Shown here: positions 39,545 to 48,686 of the stretch, one piece after another
Position numbering within the stretch: the stretch's first letter is position 1
How the letters are laid out: every line of letters starts with the position of its first letter
NCBI GenBank assembly: GCA_023336815.1
Contig: JAMBLJ010000036.1
Location: 13,991-77,990 of the forward strand
Direction of reading: 5' to 3'
DNA length: 64,000 nt
Source of the DNA: Actinomycetes bacterium
Lineage (GTDB): Bacteria; Actinomycetota; Acidimicrobiia; Spongiisociales; UBA5794
Program-made: the position numbers and the translations under genes
The notes under the pieces: generated by a model
The model's database searches: none
What the model was told of the DNA's origin: nothing
The model's input: only the letters and a program-made list of their open reading frames with translations

Positions 39545-40780
39545 ATGAGCGATATCGAGATACGTCCCGTAACAGAAGCAGAGTTCGGAAACTTCACCGC
39601 TGCCATCTCTGAGGGATTCTCGAGCGATCTACGGGAAGTCATCGCCGAACGCGACCGCAGGGCCTTCCCTGTCGAACGCACCCTCGCTGCGTTCGACGGT
39701 GCGACGATCGTTGGAACCTTCGGAGGTCTCGATCTGACCCTCACCGTACCCGGCGAACAACAGATCGCCATCGAGGGGACGACCATCGTCACCGTGTTTC
39801 CTACGCACCGCCGCATGGGTCTTCTTCGGTCCATGATGGATCAGCATCTTGAACTCGCGTACCAGCGTGGAGATGCTCTGGCCGGGCTGTGGTCGTCGTC
39901 CAGCGACATCTACGGTCGGTTCGGATACGGCATCGCAACACACAGCCGGTCGCTGGCGATCGAGGGATCGCAGATCATATTTCGCGACAGCGTTGCGGTC
40001 GAACGGGTCCGACGTGTGTCCCCAGAGACCGTTGAAAGTGAGATCAGGGATGTGTATGGCAGAGTTGCTCTGCGTACCCCTGGGATGTTCGCCCGCGATG
40101 ACCTCATATGGCGTGATCATGTACTCGCTGATGACGAGTGGAAGCGGGAGGGGAGTACGACACATCGCTTCGTTGTGCATGATGGACCAAAGGGCGTCGA
40201 TGGGTATGCGATCTATCGACAGAAGGCGTCTGAGTCCAACGACGGGCATCCCAACGGAACGGTCTCGATTGTCGAGGTCATCGCTGAGTCCGCGGTCGGC
40301 CGTGCCTCGTTGTGGGCATATCTCACCCGGATCGATGGGTGCCCGAACGTGCGGGTGGGCAACGCTCCGCTCGTGGACCCGCTCTCAGCAATGGTGACGC
40401 AGCCTCGACGTGTTGCGGTGACGGCTGTGTACGACGCCCTCTGGATCCGGGTGCTTGATGTCGCGACCGCTCTTAGCACCCGACGATATGAGACCGATGG
40501 GTCGCTCGTCTTCGAGGTACTGGATTCGTTCCGCCCCGAATCAGCCGGTATCTATCGGCTCACCGTCGAGGGAGGGATCGGTACGTGTGGACGTAGCGAC
40601 GCCGACGCCAACGCTGACCTTCGTATCGACGTCGAAGCGCTCGGCGCCCTGTATCTCGGTGGAGGAAATGCCAACCACCTTGCTGATGCTGGCAGGGTTG
40701 TTGGATCGGCGGAGGCACTGCGTACGTTGCACCGCATGTTCCATACCGACGAACAACCCTGGTGCAACTGGGTGTTTTAG
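39545..40780 (+). CDS. GNAT family N-acetyltransferase, Eis-like (GNAT + central + C-terminal SCP2-like domain)
   Basis: 411 aa; N-terminal GNAT (MGLLRSMMDQHLELAYQRGDALAGLWSS, YGRFGYG), overall length/architecture of Eis family. Confidence 0.7.
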   Translation: MSDIEIRPVTEAEFGNFTAAISEGFSSDLREVIAERDRRAFPVERTLAAFDGATIVGTFGGLDLTLTVPGEQQIAIEGTTIVTVFPTHRRMGLLRSMMDQHLELAYQRGDALAGLWSSSSDIYGRFGYGIATHSRSLAIEGSQIIFRDSVAVERVRRVSPETVESEIRDVYGRVALRTPGMFARDDLIWRDHVLADDEWKREGSTTHRFVVHDGPKGVDGYAIYRQKASESNDGHPNGTVSIVEVIAESAVGRASLWAYLTRIDGCPNVRVGNAPLVDPLSAMVTQPRRVAVTAVYDALWIRVLDVATALSTRRYETDGSLVFEVLDSFRPESAGIYRLTVEGGIGTCGRSDADANADLRIDVEALGALYLGGGNANHLADAGRVVGSAEALRTLHRMFHTDEQPWCNWVF

Positions 40781-40782
40781 GT

Positions 40783-40866
40783 AGACAGCAGACAGCAGAC
40801 AGCAGATGACAGATGGCAGATGACAGACGGCAGACAGCAGACGGCAGACAGCAGATGACAGACGGC
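40783..40866. repeat. 12 tandem copies of 7-bp repeat AGA(C/T)(A/G)GC (consensus AGACAGC)
   Basis: Read directly: agacagc x3, agatgac, agatggc, agatgac, agacggc, agacagc, agacggc, agacagc, agatgac, agacggc in perfect 7-bp phase. Confidence 0.95.
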
Positions 40867-40868
40867 AC

Positions 40869-40903
40869 GTTTTCCGTTTTCCGTTTTCCGTTTTCCGTTT
40901 TCC
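40869..40903. repeat. 5 perfect tandem copies of GTTTTCC
   Basis: gttttcc x5 contiguous, 2 nt after the AGACAGC array. Confidence 0.97.
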
Positions 40904-40984
40904 GAAGAGGGTGTAGGTGGGCGGCGACGAATGCCGCGTGCTGATCAGTGCCGCAGCACCGGTTCGTCTTCTTGATTCCTGCCT

Positions 40985-41054
40985 CGGAGAACGGAAAACG
41001 GAAAACGAAAAGGCCATCAGCCATCAGCCGTCAGCCGTCAGCCGTCAGCCGGAA
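40985..41054. repeat. 10 phased heptamers: CGGAGAA CGGAAAA CGGAAAA CGAAAAG then GCCATCA x2, GCCGTCA x3, GCCGGAA
   Basis: Read directly; GGAAAAC units are the reverse complement of the upstream GTTTTCC array (inverted symmetry about an ~80-bp core containing CTGATCAG). Confidence 0.95.
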
Positions 41055-41071
41055 CCTGCAACGGTTTCTTC

Positions 41072-41094
41072 CCGGAGAACGGGAAACGGAAAAC
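41072..41094. repeat. direct repeat of CGGAGAACGG(G)AAACGGAAAACGA (second copy of 40985-41007)
   Basis: cggagaacgggaaacggaaaacga vs cggagaacggaaaacggaaaacga, 23/24 identical, flanking the GCCGTCA array. Confidence 0.9.
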
Positions 41095-41234
41095 GATGTC
41101 TCCTCCTTTCTCAATTCGTCTGCTTCTCCGTTCCGTGATAGGTTCAGCAATCCTCCCCGGGCCGGGCATCGACCCGAGAGGCTTGACAGCTCAACGTTGC
41201 CCGCTCCTTGAGGATGATTCCGAGGAGACGACAG

Positions 41235-44200
41235 ATGAGCACAAGATTCCCGCTGTACAACCCGCTGGAGCACCACGATGCGTGTGGTGTCGGGTTCATC
41301 GTTGACCGGTCGGCTACAGCATCGCACCGTATCGTTCGCCAGGGTGTCGAGTGTTTGCACAATCTCGACCATCGCGGTGCCCGTTCTCAGGATGGAACGG
41401 GTGATGGAGCAGGGATGATGACGAGGATCCCGTTTCGTCTCATCGAACGAGATCTTCGCACGAAGGCGATCGCTGTCCCCGACCGCAGCCGTATCGGTGT
41501 GATCACTGCGTTCCTCGACCCTGACGAAGCCGTGGGGGCTCGAAAGGCAGTAGAACGAGCCGTCGCTGACAACGACATGACCACGCTCACGTGGCGCCCC
41601 GTTCCAATCGATCCAAACATTCTGTCGGAAACTGCACGTGCATCGATGCCCGTGATCGAACAAGCGATCATCGAGTCATCCGAAGTCATATCCTCGTCAG
41701 ACCGGTTCGAGCGGTCGCTGTTCCTCGCTCGCAAGTCCATCGAGAACCGCCCGGTTGCGGGATGTGAGATCGTTTCGGCGTCAAGCCGAACGATCGTCTA
41801 TAAAGGGTTGTTCACCGCAGACACGATCGAAGCCTTCTACTGGGATCTGCGGGACCCGGTGTACGAGTCCGATTTCGTCATATTCCACCAGCGGTATTCA
41901 ACGAACACGAAACCTTCCTGGGCCCTGGCGCAGCCATTCAGGATGCTCGCCCATAACGGCGAGATCAACACAGTGCAGGGCAACAGATCGTCCATGGCTG
42001 CACGGTCGAACGACCTCGTCGAAGGGGTGTGGGGGACGCGTGTCTCTGAACTCGCCCCTCTCGTGCGATCGGGGATCGGTAGTGACTCAGCAAGCCTGGA
42101 CGAGGCTGTCGAGGTGCTTGTTCGCTCCGGGCGAGACCTCACTCATGTGAAGGAGATGCTGATACCCCAGGCGTGGGAGAACGTTCCCGATCTCGATCCG
42201 AAGTTGCAGGCGTTCTACGAGTACCACGCATTCCTTACCGAGCCGTGGGACGGACCGGCGGCTATCGCTGCAAGCGATGGGCTCACACTCATCGCAGGTC
42301 TCGATCGCAACGGTTTACGTCCAGCGCGGTGGACGGTCACACCAGATACTGTGCTTATTGCGTCGGAAGCCGGCATCGCTCCTGAGGTCGAGGTGCTCGC
42401 CACTGATACGGGCCAGCTTGGGCCAGGTGAGGTCATCGAAGTGGATCTCGCCGACGGGACGCTTCGATTCTCTGACCATGTCAAACGTCGGCTTGCGGCG
42501 AAAGCTCCCTACGCGGATTGGATCACAACGAACACGCTCTACGTTCGTGATCCGTTCGACGACCTCCAGGATGACCGCTTTGATGCCGAAGCCCTGGCGC
42601 GTGTGTTCGGCTACACCGCCGAGGAGCGCAGGCTCCTGCTCGAACCGATGGCCGGGGGTATCGATCCCATCCTGTCGATGGGTCACGACTCCGGTCTTGC
42701 GGTCCTTTCCGAGTTCCCACAGCGGCTTCCGCGGTTCTTTCACCAAGCGTTCGCTCAGGTTACGAACCCGCCGATGGATCCGATCCGAGAGAAACTTGTC
42801 ATGTCGTTGCGAACCTATGTTGGCCGGCACGGGTCGCTGCTGGAGGAAACCGAACAACAGGCGCACATGGTGGAACTGTCATCTCCGATCCTGTCGGATG
42901 CGGACGTCGAGGAGCTGTGCACGCTCACTGACCCGGCGTTCCGGTCTAAGTGGTTTGATATCCTTTTCGACCCCTCAGCTGGATCGATGGTTGACCGACT
43001 GGACGAGATCTGTTCTGCGGTCGAGGACGCTGTTCGCTCAGGGGTGTCGATCATCGTGCTGAGCGACAGGGGAACCACTCCCGAGCTCGCCCCCATCCCC
43101 ATCGTGCTTGCTGTTGGCGCTGTTCACCACAGGCTCATCGACACGGGTCTTCGGCTCCATGCGTCGATCATCGCCGTTTCGGGAGAACCGCGCGATGCGC
43201 ATGACATCGCGTGTTGCGTCGGGTTCGGTGCTGCCGCGGTGAATCCGTATCTTGCTATCGAGCAGGTTCGGGCACTCGCAGTAGAAGGCGCCATCACGCT
43301 TGGCGCCGTCGAGGCACAGGAGAACTACCGGTCAAGCCTTGAGAATGGCTTGCTGAAGGTCATGTCGAAGATGGGGATCTGCACCGTCAAATCGTACCGG
43401 TCGTCGGAGCTGTTCGAGGCGATCGGGCTTGATCCTGAGGTCTGTCAACTTGCATTCCGCAACGTGCACAGCAGGGTTGGCGGCCGCGGTCTCGCAGCGA
43501 TCCAGGACGATGCCGTCGCGCGTCACTCCAGGTACGTGAGCGAGGAAGCCGAGGTTGAGGGGTACTACAAACACCGCAGGGGCGGGATGCCGCATGTGGC
43601 CGCACCGATGGCAGTCCTGGCACTTCAGAAGGCTGTAAGAAGTGGTGACCAGATCGATTTCGAGCGATATCTGGATCTGGTTCAGGAAAGTCGCCCGGCC
43701 CTCGAACTCAGAGACCTGCTCGAGATAATGCCGTTCGGCCCCCCCGTTGCTGTTGAGAACGTCGAACCGATCGAGTCGATCATGCGTAGGTTCGTTACGG
43801 CAGCCATGTCGATGGGTGCGGTATCGAAGGAGGTCCACGAGACCCTCGCCGCGGCCATGCACAGGATCGGTGGCCGGTCGAATTCTGGTGAGGGCGGAGA
43901 GGATCCCTCGCGATTCGCTACGGACCGAAACTCCGTGATCAAGCAGGTTGCGAGCGGGAGATTTGGTGTGACTCCCGGATACCTCGCTTCTGCCGACGAG
44001 ATCCAGATCAAGATGGCACAGGGATCGAAACCTGGTGAAGGGGGCCAGCTGCCTGGGCACAAAGTATCTGTCGAGATCGCACGGCTCAGACACACCGAGC
44101 CGGGTATCACACTCATCTCGCCACCGCCCCACCATGACATCTACTCGATCGAGGACCTCGCCCAACTGATATATGACCTCAAGACGTTCAAGCCGACGGC

Positions 44201-45644
44201 GCGTGTTGCGGTAAAGCTCGTATCGGGGCCTGGTATCGGAACGATCGCTGTTGGTGTCGCCAAGGCATCTGCAGACGGGATCACCGTCTCCGGCAATGCC
44301 GGGGGCACGGGGGCATCGCCTGTCGTGTCGATGAAACACGCAGGGTCGCCATGGGAACTCGGTCTCGCTGAGGCGCATCAATCGCTCGTAGCCAACGGTC
44401 TGCGTTCTGCGGTCAGCGTCGAAACGGATGGCGGCTTGCGAACGGGACGTGACATCGTGGTCGCTGCCCTGCTCGGTGCTGATCGGTTCGGGTTCGGCAC
44501 CCTGCCCCTGCTTGCTCTGGGGTGCAAGATGGTGCGCCAATGCCACGAGAACACCTGCCCTGTCGGGATCGCAACACAACGCGACGATCTGCGAGCCAAG
44601 TACACCGGTTCCGTGGAACAGGTCGTCGCCCTGTTCGAGTTGATAGCGAGCGACGTGCGCTCGATCCTGGCCAGGATGGGCGCACGATCCCTCGACTCGA
44701 TCATCGGTCGCGGTGATCTGCTCGCGGCAACTGACGAAGGCCCGGGATCAGACCTCGCCTCGATGCTGGTGAGCGCACGGTCCGAGACGGATCGACGTTT
44801 CCGCGAACTCCCCGCGTCACCGCTTGGCGAGCAGTTGGCCTTCGCTGGTCGCTCGGTGCTCGATGGGAGGGATTCGCTCTCTGTTGCGTATCCCATCAGG
44901 AACACGGATCGGGCTGTAGGAACGAGACTCTCTGGTGAGATCGCAGCACGTCACGGAGATGCCGGATTGGTCGACCGGCGCTTCACTGTCCGTCTATCAG
45001 GTACAGCCGGTCAGTCGTTCGGTGCGTTCCTTGTGGAGGGTGTACATCTGGACCTCGATGGTGTTGCAAACGACTACGTTGGCAAAGGGATGGCAGGCGG
45101 TTCGATCGTGATCCGACCATTTACGGATTCACCCTCGATCCCGCACGGTGGTGGAAATGCCTGTCTCTATGGAGCCACGGGTGGCGAGTTGTTCATCGCC
45201 GGCAGCGTTGGTCAACGCTTCGCGGTCCGTAACTCCGGAGCCACCGCTGTCGTGGAGGGTGCGTCTGACCATGCGTGTGAATACATGACGGGGGGCAAGA
45301 TCGTCGTTCTCGGCCCTGCCGGTCGCAACATCGCTGCGGGTATGAGCGGGGGAGTGTTGTTTCTGTACGACGAAGCGATGACGATCAAGGCGCACATGTC
45401 CGACACAGCGCCTGCTGCAACGAGACTCGCGGCGACCGACCGTGACGAGCTACGGCTTCTCTTGATGGAGCACCTGGCCCGCACCGGGTCACGTGCAGCG
45501 GCAGCGCTTCTCGGTGGCTGGCACCAAGCCCAGGACCGATTCTGGGTGGTGAGACCAAAGGCGCCTCTGACTGATGGTGCGTTGGATGTCACGGAGGTTG
45601 AAGCGCAGAAATCAGACACCAGACACCAGACGACAGACACATAG
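41235..45644 (+). CDS. gltB: glutamate synthase large subunit (GOGAT alpha)
   Basis: 1469 aa; N-terminal Ntn amidotransferase Cys (HDACGVGF), central domain, FMN domain (GEGGEDPSRF...), C-terminal GXGXG beta-helix domain; ATG at 41235 chosen over TTG at 41208. Confidence 0.95.
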   Translation: MSTRFPLYNPLEHHDACGVGFIVDRSATASHRIVRQGVECLHNLDHRGARSQDGTGDGAGMMTRIPFRLIERDLRTKAIAVPDRSRIGVITAFLDPDEAVGARKAVERAVADNDMTTLTWRPVPIDPNILSETARASMPVIEQAIIESSEVISSSDRFERSLFLARKSIENRPVAGCEIVSASSRTIVYKGLFTADTIEAFYWDLRDPVYESDFVIFHQRYSTNTKPSWALAQPFRMLAHNGEINTVQGNRSSMAARSNDLVEGVWGTRVSELAPLVRSGIGSDSASLDEAVEVLVRSGRDLTHVKEMLIPQAWENVPDLDPKLQAFYEYHAFLTEPWDGPAAIAASDGLTLIAGLDRNGLRPARWTVTPDTVLIASEAGIAPEVEVLATDTGQLGPGEVIEVDLADGTLRFSDHVKRRLAAKAPYADWITTNTLYVRDPFDDLQDDRFDAEALARVFGYTAEERRLLLEPMAGGIDPILSMGHDSGLAVLSEFPQRLPRFFHQAFAQVTNPPMDPIREKLVMSLRTYVGRHGSLLEETEQQAHMVELSSPILSDADVEELCTLTDPAFRSKWFDILFDPSAGSMVDRLDEICSAVEDAVRSGVSIIVLSDRGTTPELAPIPIVLAVGAVHHRLIDTGLRLHASIIAVSGEPRDAHDIACCVGFGAAAVNPYLAIEQVRALAVEGAITLGAVEAQENYRSSLENGLLKVMSKMGICTVKSYRSSELFEAIGLDPEVCQLAFRNVHSRVGGRGLAAIQDDAVARHSRYVSEEAEVEGYYKHRRGGMPHVAAPMAVLALQKAVRSGDQIDFERYLDLVQESRPALELRDLLEIMPFGPPVAVENVEPIESIMRRFVTAAMSMGAVSKEVHETLAAAMHRIGGRSNSGEGGEDPSRFATDRNSVIKQVASGRFGVTPGYLASADEIQIKMAQGSKPGEGGQLPGHKVSVEIARLRHTEPGITLISPPPHHDIYSIEDLAQLIYDLKTFKPTARVAVKLVSGPGIGTIAVGVAKASADGITVSGNAGGTGASPVVSMKHAGSPWELGLAEAHQSLVANGLRSAVSVETDGGLRTGRDIVVAALLGADRFGFGTLPLLALGCKMVRQCHENTCPVGIATQRDDLRAKYTGSVEQVVALFELIASDVRSILARMGARSLDSIIGRGDLLAATDEGPGSDLASMLVSARSETDRRFRELPASPLGEQLAFAGRSVLDGRDSLSVAYPIRNTDRAVGTRLSGEIAARHGDAGLVDRRFTVRLSGTAGQSFGAFLVEGVHLDLDGVANDYVGKGMAGGSIVIRPFTDSPSIPHGGGNACLYGATGGELFIAGSVGQRFAVRNSGATAVVEGASDHACEYMTGGKIVVLGPAGRNIAAGMSGGVLFLYDEAMTIKAHMSDTAPAATRLAATDRDELRLLLMEHLARTGSRAAAALLGGWHQAQDRFWVVRPKAPLTDGALDVTEVEAQKSDTRHQTTDT

Positions 45645-45660
45645 GCCACGTCTGTCGTCT
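45613..45660 (+). terminator. heptamer repeat (CAGACAC x4) forming the gltB 3' end plus 11-bp-stem hairpin spanning the stop codon
   Basis: cagacac cagacac cagacga cagacac (45613-45640); stem AGACGACAGAC (45628-45638) / GTCTGTCGTCT (45650-45660) with the TAG stop in the loop. Confidence 0.5.
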
Positions 45661-45956
45661 CACATCTGGAATCTGTTGGCTGTGAACTGATAGCTTCTTC
45701 TTCCTCTTCTTCTGCCGTCTTACCGACATTCTCTGGAACATTGCGGGTGTGCTTGACGTTGTCTGTATACGAGTTGCGGCTCTCCCGGGTGGCCCGGTCT
45801 TCCCCCACTCCCACTCGCAGTCACCCGGGTGAGTCGCACCAAGCTCACCTCCAACTGCTTGAGAAACATCGGTGTTCAACCTTCGAAATCCAGGTACACT
45901 GGTTTCACCTAGCCGCGTAGTGCAATCTCGGTTAGACCCATCAACGAGGAGCGATC

Positions 45957-47360
45957 GTGACCACAGTCGATATCGATCTTGGCAGCTATCAGCTCGGCTG
46001 GTCCGACGAAGAAGACTACGTTTTTAAGCCTGAGAAGGGTCTCGACGAGGAGCTCATCCGCACGATCTCGTCGATGAAGGGCGAGCCGGAGTGGATGCTT
46101 GACTTCCGTCTCAAGGCGTACAAGCGGTTCCTCAACAAGCCGACACCTCAGTGGGGTGGTGGTGGTCGTCTCGATGAGATCGACTACGACGACATCTACT
46201 ACTACATCAAGCCAACCGAGGGCCAGGCCAAGGATTGGGACATGGTTCCCGACTCCATCAAGGAGACGTACGAGAAGCTGGGTATCCCTGAGGCCGAGCG
46301 CAAGTTCCTCGCCGGTGTGACAGCGCAGTACGAGTCCGAGGTCGTGTACCACCGCAACCGTGAAGACCTTGAGAAACTCGGTGTCCTGTTCTGTGACATG
46401 GACACCGCGGTTCGGGAGTACCCCGAGCTCGTTCAGGAGTACTTCGGCACGATCATCCCGCCGAACGACAACAAATTCGCTGCGTTGAACTCGGCCGTAT
46501 GGTCCGGTGGCTCGTTCATCTACATTCCACCGGGTGTTCATCTCGAGGAGCCCCTTCAGGCGTACTTCCGTATCAACGCTGAGAGCATGGGTCAGTTCGA
46601 GAGAACACTGATCATCGTTGACGAGGGTGCGTTCTGTCACTACGTCGAGGGCTGTTCAGCCCCTACGTACACATCAGATTCTCTCCACGCAGCGGTTGTC
46701 GAGGTCGTCATCAAGGAAGGCGGCAGATGTCGCTACACGACGATCCAGAACTGGTCGAACAACGTCCTCAACCTCGTCACCAAGCGCGCAGCGGCATACA
46801 AGAACGCCACGATGGAATGGATCGATGGCAACCTCGGCTCCGGGCTCACGATGAAGTATCCGGCCGTGTGGCTGATGGAAGAGGGTGCGCACGGCGAGGT
46901 TCTCTCGATCGCCTTCGCCAACACAGGTCAGGTTCTCGATGCCGGAGCCAAGATGGTTCATGTTGCATCGAACACAACGTCACATATCACGTCAAAGTCG
47001 ATCAGCAAGGGTGGCGGACGTTCGATGTACCGGGGTCTCGTACGTGTTGAAGAGGGCGCAACGAACGCCAAGTCCTTTGTTATGTGTGACGCCCTGTTGC
47101 TCGACGAGGACTCTCGATCGGACACATACCCGTATATGGAGATCGAGGAGTCCAACGTCGACATCGGTCACGAAGCAACAGTGTCGAAGGTTGGTGAAGA
47201 TCAGTTGTTCTACCTCATGAGCAGGGGTCTCAGCGAGGCCCAGGCAACAGCCATGATCGTCGCAGGTTTCATCGAGCCGATCGTCAAGGAACTCCCGATG
47301 GAGTACGCAGTCGAGCTGAACCGCCTGATAGAGCTTCAGATGGAGGGCTCCATCGGATAG
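45957..47360 (+). CDS. sufB: Fe-S cluster assembly protein SufB
   Basis: 467 aa; GTG start with AGGAG RBS; SufB core ([22 protein letters not shown], beta-helix region) ; no sufC/sufD/sufS downstream. Confidence 0.85.
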   Translation: MTTVDIDLGSYQLGWSDEEDYVFKPEKGLDEELIRTISSMKGEPEWMLDFRLKAYKRFLNKPTPQWGGGGRLDEIDYDDIYYYIKPTEGQAKDWDMVPDSIKETYEKLGIPEAERKFLAGVTAQYESEVVYHRNREDLEKLGVLFCDMDTAVREYPELVQEYFGTIIPPNDNKFAALNSAVWSGGSFIYIPPGVHLEEPLQAYFRINAESMGQFERTLIIVDEGAFCHYVEGCSAPTYTSDSLHAAVVEVVIKEGGRCRYTTIQNWSNNVLNLVTKRAAAYKNATMEWIDGNLGSGLTMKYPAVWLMEEGAHGEVLSIAFANTGQVLDAGAKMVHVASNTTSHITSKSISKGGGRSMYRGLVRVEEGATNAKSFVMCDALLLDEDSRSDTYPYMEIEESNVDIGHEATVSKVGEDQLFYLMSRGLSEAQATAMIVAGFIEPIVKELPMEYAVELNRLIELQMEGSIG

Positions 47361-47407
47361 CGTTCGCTCGAACGCACCACCTACCGATGTGAGTAGTCTC
47401 GCATACC

Positions 47408-48067
47408 ATGCGTATTCGAATAGCTGAGTGCACTGTCCGCTATGAGGGACGTCTCAACGCGTATCTGCCATCAGCCACGCGTCTGGTGATGGTCAAGGCC
47501 GATGGTTGTGTTGCCATCCATGCAGATGGTGGTGCGTACAAACCGCTCAACTGGATGAACGCTCCGAACACGTTGACCGAGGACGATCACCAGTGGATCG
47601 TCATCAACCCGAAGGGCGAGAAACTTATCATCGACTTCGGTGAGATCCACTTCGAGACTGCTCTCGAGATGGGCGAGGATCCCGGTCTTCAGAAGGATGG
47701 CGTGGAACTGGAGCTACAGCGGCTCCTGGCCGAAAGACCGGAAACCTTTGGCGAACGCATGGAACTTGTGCGACGTGAGTTCCCAACCCCCATCGGCCCT
47801 GTGGACCTCCTGTGTAGAGATGGCGACGGTGTCTCGGTTGCCATCGAGATCAAGCGTCGTGGCGAGATCGACGGTGTTGAGCAGCTGACGCGATACCTCG
47901 ACTTCTTGAATCGGGACACGAGGTTGGCTCCCGTTCGTGGCATATTCGCCGCCCAGTCAATCAAACCGCAGGCGAAGCTTCTCTGCGAGGACCGTGGCAT
48001 CGTATGGGTAGAGGTCGACTACGACGATCTCAAAGGGACGGATTCCGACGTGATGAAGCTCTTCTGA
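47408..48067 (+). CDS. nucS: endonuclease NucS (EndoMS, mismatch-specific RecB-like nuclease)
   Basis: 219 aa; N-terminal [21 protein letters not shown]...[14 protein letters not shown] closely matching mycobacterial NucS pattern; C-terminal RecB-like nuclease motifs (D..E.K: [20 protein letters not shown]). Confidence 0.88.
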   Translation: MRIRIAECTVRYEGRLNAYLPSATRLVMVKADGCVAIHADGGAYKPLNWMNAPNTLTEDDHQWIVINPKGEKLIIDFGEIHFETALEMGEDPGLQKDGVELELQRLLAERPETFGERMELVRREFPTPIGPVDLLCRDGDGVSVAIEIKRRGEIDGVEQLTRYLDFLNRDTRLAPVRGIFAAQSIKPQAKLLCEDRGIVWVEVDYDDLKGTDSDVMKLF

Positions 48068-48119
48068 GGAGCTTCGGCTAGCGATGTCGGATTCCTCGCG
48101 AGCGTGCTAGTTTGGGACG

Positions 48120-48674
48120 ATGGGCCTCGGATCCACACCAACAGCTGTCCTGCGCGACGAACATCGGTTGATCCTGGAGGTTGCCGATGCGCTTGATCAG
48201 CTGTTCGCAGTCGAGCCAGGCGGAGCAGCGCTTGACTTCGATGCCGTTGATCGCTGTATCACCTTCTTCAGACTCTTCGCTGATGCCTGTCACCACACCA
48301 AGGAAGAGGATCTTCTCTTTCCCGAACTCGAGAGGGCAGGGCTTCCACACGATTCTGGCCCGATCGCGGTCATGCTCAACGAACACGAGCAGGGGCGTGT
48401 GTTCGTTCGTGCGATGGCTGACGCCATAGAGACGGCGCGAACTGGGGAATCCTCGAGCCTCGCGGACCTGCGAGCCGCTGCAGATGGCTTTGTCTCGCTG
48501 ATCGTTGCCCATATCGCCAAAGAGGACGGTGTATTGTTCAACATGGCTGATGGCATGATCGTCGGACCCGAATGTCGAGAGCTGTGTGCTGCCTACGACA
48601 CCGCGTGCAGCCGCAGATTCGAAGGGCAGTCGAAAGAGGATCTTGAGCGGTTGGGTGCAGCGATCCTCGGTTGA
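48120..48674 (+). CDS. hemerythrin-like (HHE cation-binding) domain protein
   Basis: Four-helix pattern with His/Glu ligand motifs: LRDEHRLI, FADACHHTKEEDLLFPELE, LNEHEQG, AHIAKEDGVLF. Confidence 0.75.
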   Translation: MGLGSTPTAVLRDEHRLILEVADALDQLFAVEPGGAALDFDAVDRCITFFRLFADACHHTKEEDLLFPELERAGLPHDSGPIAVMLNEHEQGRVFVRAMADAIETARTGESSSLADLRAAADGFVSLIVAHIAKEDGVLFNMADGMIVGPECRELCAAYDTACSRRFEGQSKEDLERLGAAILG

Positions 48675-48686
48675 TCTCCCTATCAG

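Noticed and set aside
40541-41024. Minus-strand ORFs (158 and 154 aa) with heptad-like Cys/Ser/Leu-rich peptides (…LLSAVCHLPSVICCLLSAVYL…) running through the heptamer arrays
   Set aside because: The peptide periodicity is an automatic consequence of translating 7-bp DNA repeats (21 bp = 7 aa). The ORFs overlap the 3' end of the Eis-like gene on the opposite strand and have no start context. I treat them as translation artefacts of the repeat region.
40783-41054. Possible CRISPR array, given the short regular direct repeats
   Set aside because: The units are 7 bp with no intervening unique spacers and there are no cas genes. The structure is incompatible with CRISPR (repeats of 24-48 bp separated by spacers of similar length).
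40917-41211. Plus-strand ORFs 40917..41138 and 40948..41211 between the repeat arrays and gltB
   Set aside because: They have low-complexity composition driven by the GGAAAAC/GCCGTCA repeats and overlap each other and the gltB leader. There are no recognisable motifs.
43332-44579. 415-aa minus-strand ORF inside gltB
   Set aside because: It is antisense to the FMN domain of a clearly intact GltB and has no domain signatures.
45645-45956. Looked for a gltD or small ORF in the gltB-sufB gap
   Set aside because: Only short junk frames are present (45589..45879 minus, Lys-rich run from a poly-CT tract). The region is more likely a promoter/leader for sufB containing the CCCGGGTG boxes.
45909-46640. 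243-aa minus-strand ORF overlapping the sufB 5' half
   Set aside because: It is antisense to sufB, while the sufB frame carries the conserved SufB core and an RBS.
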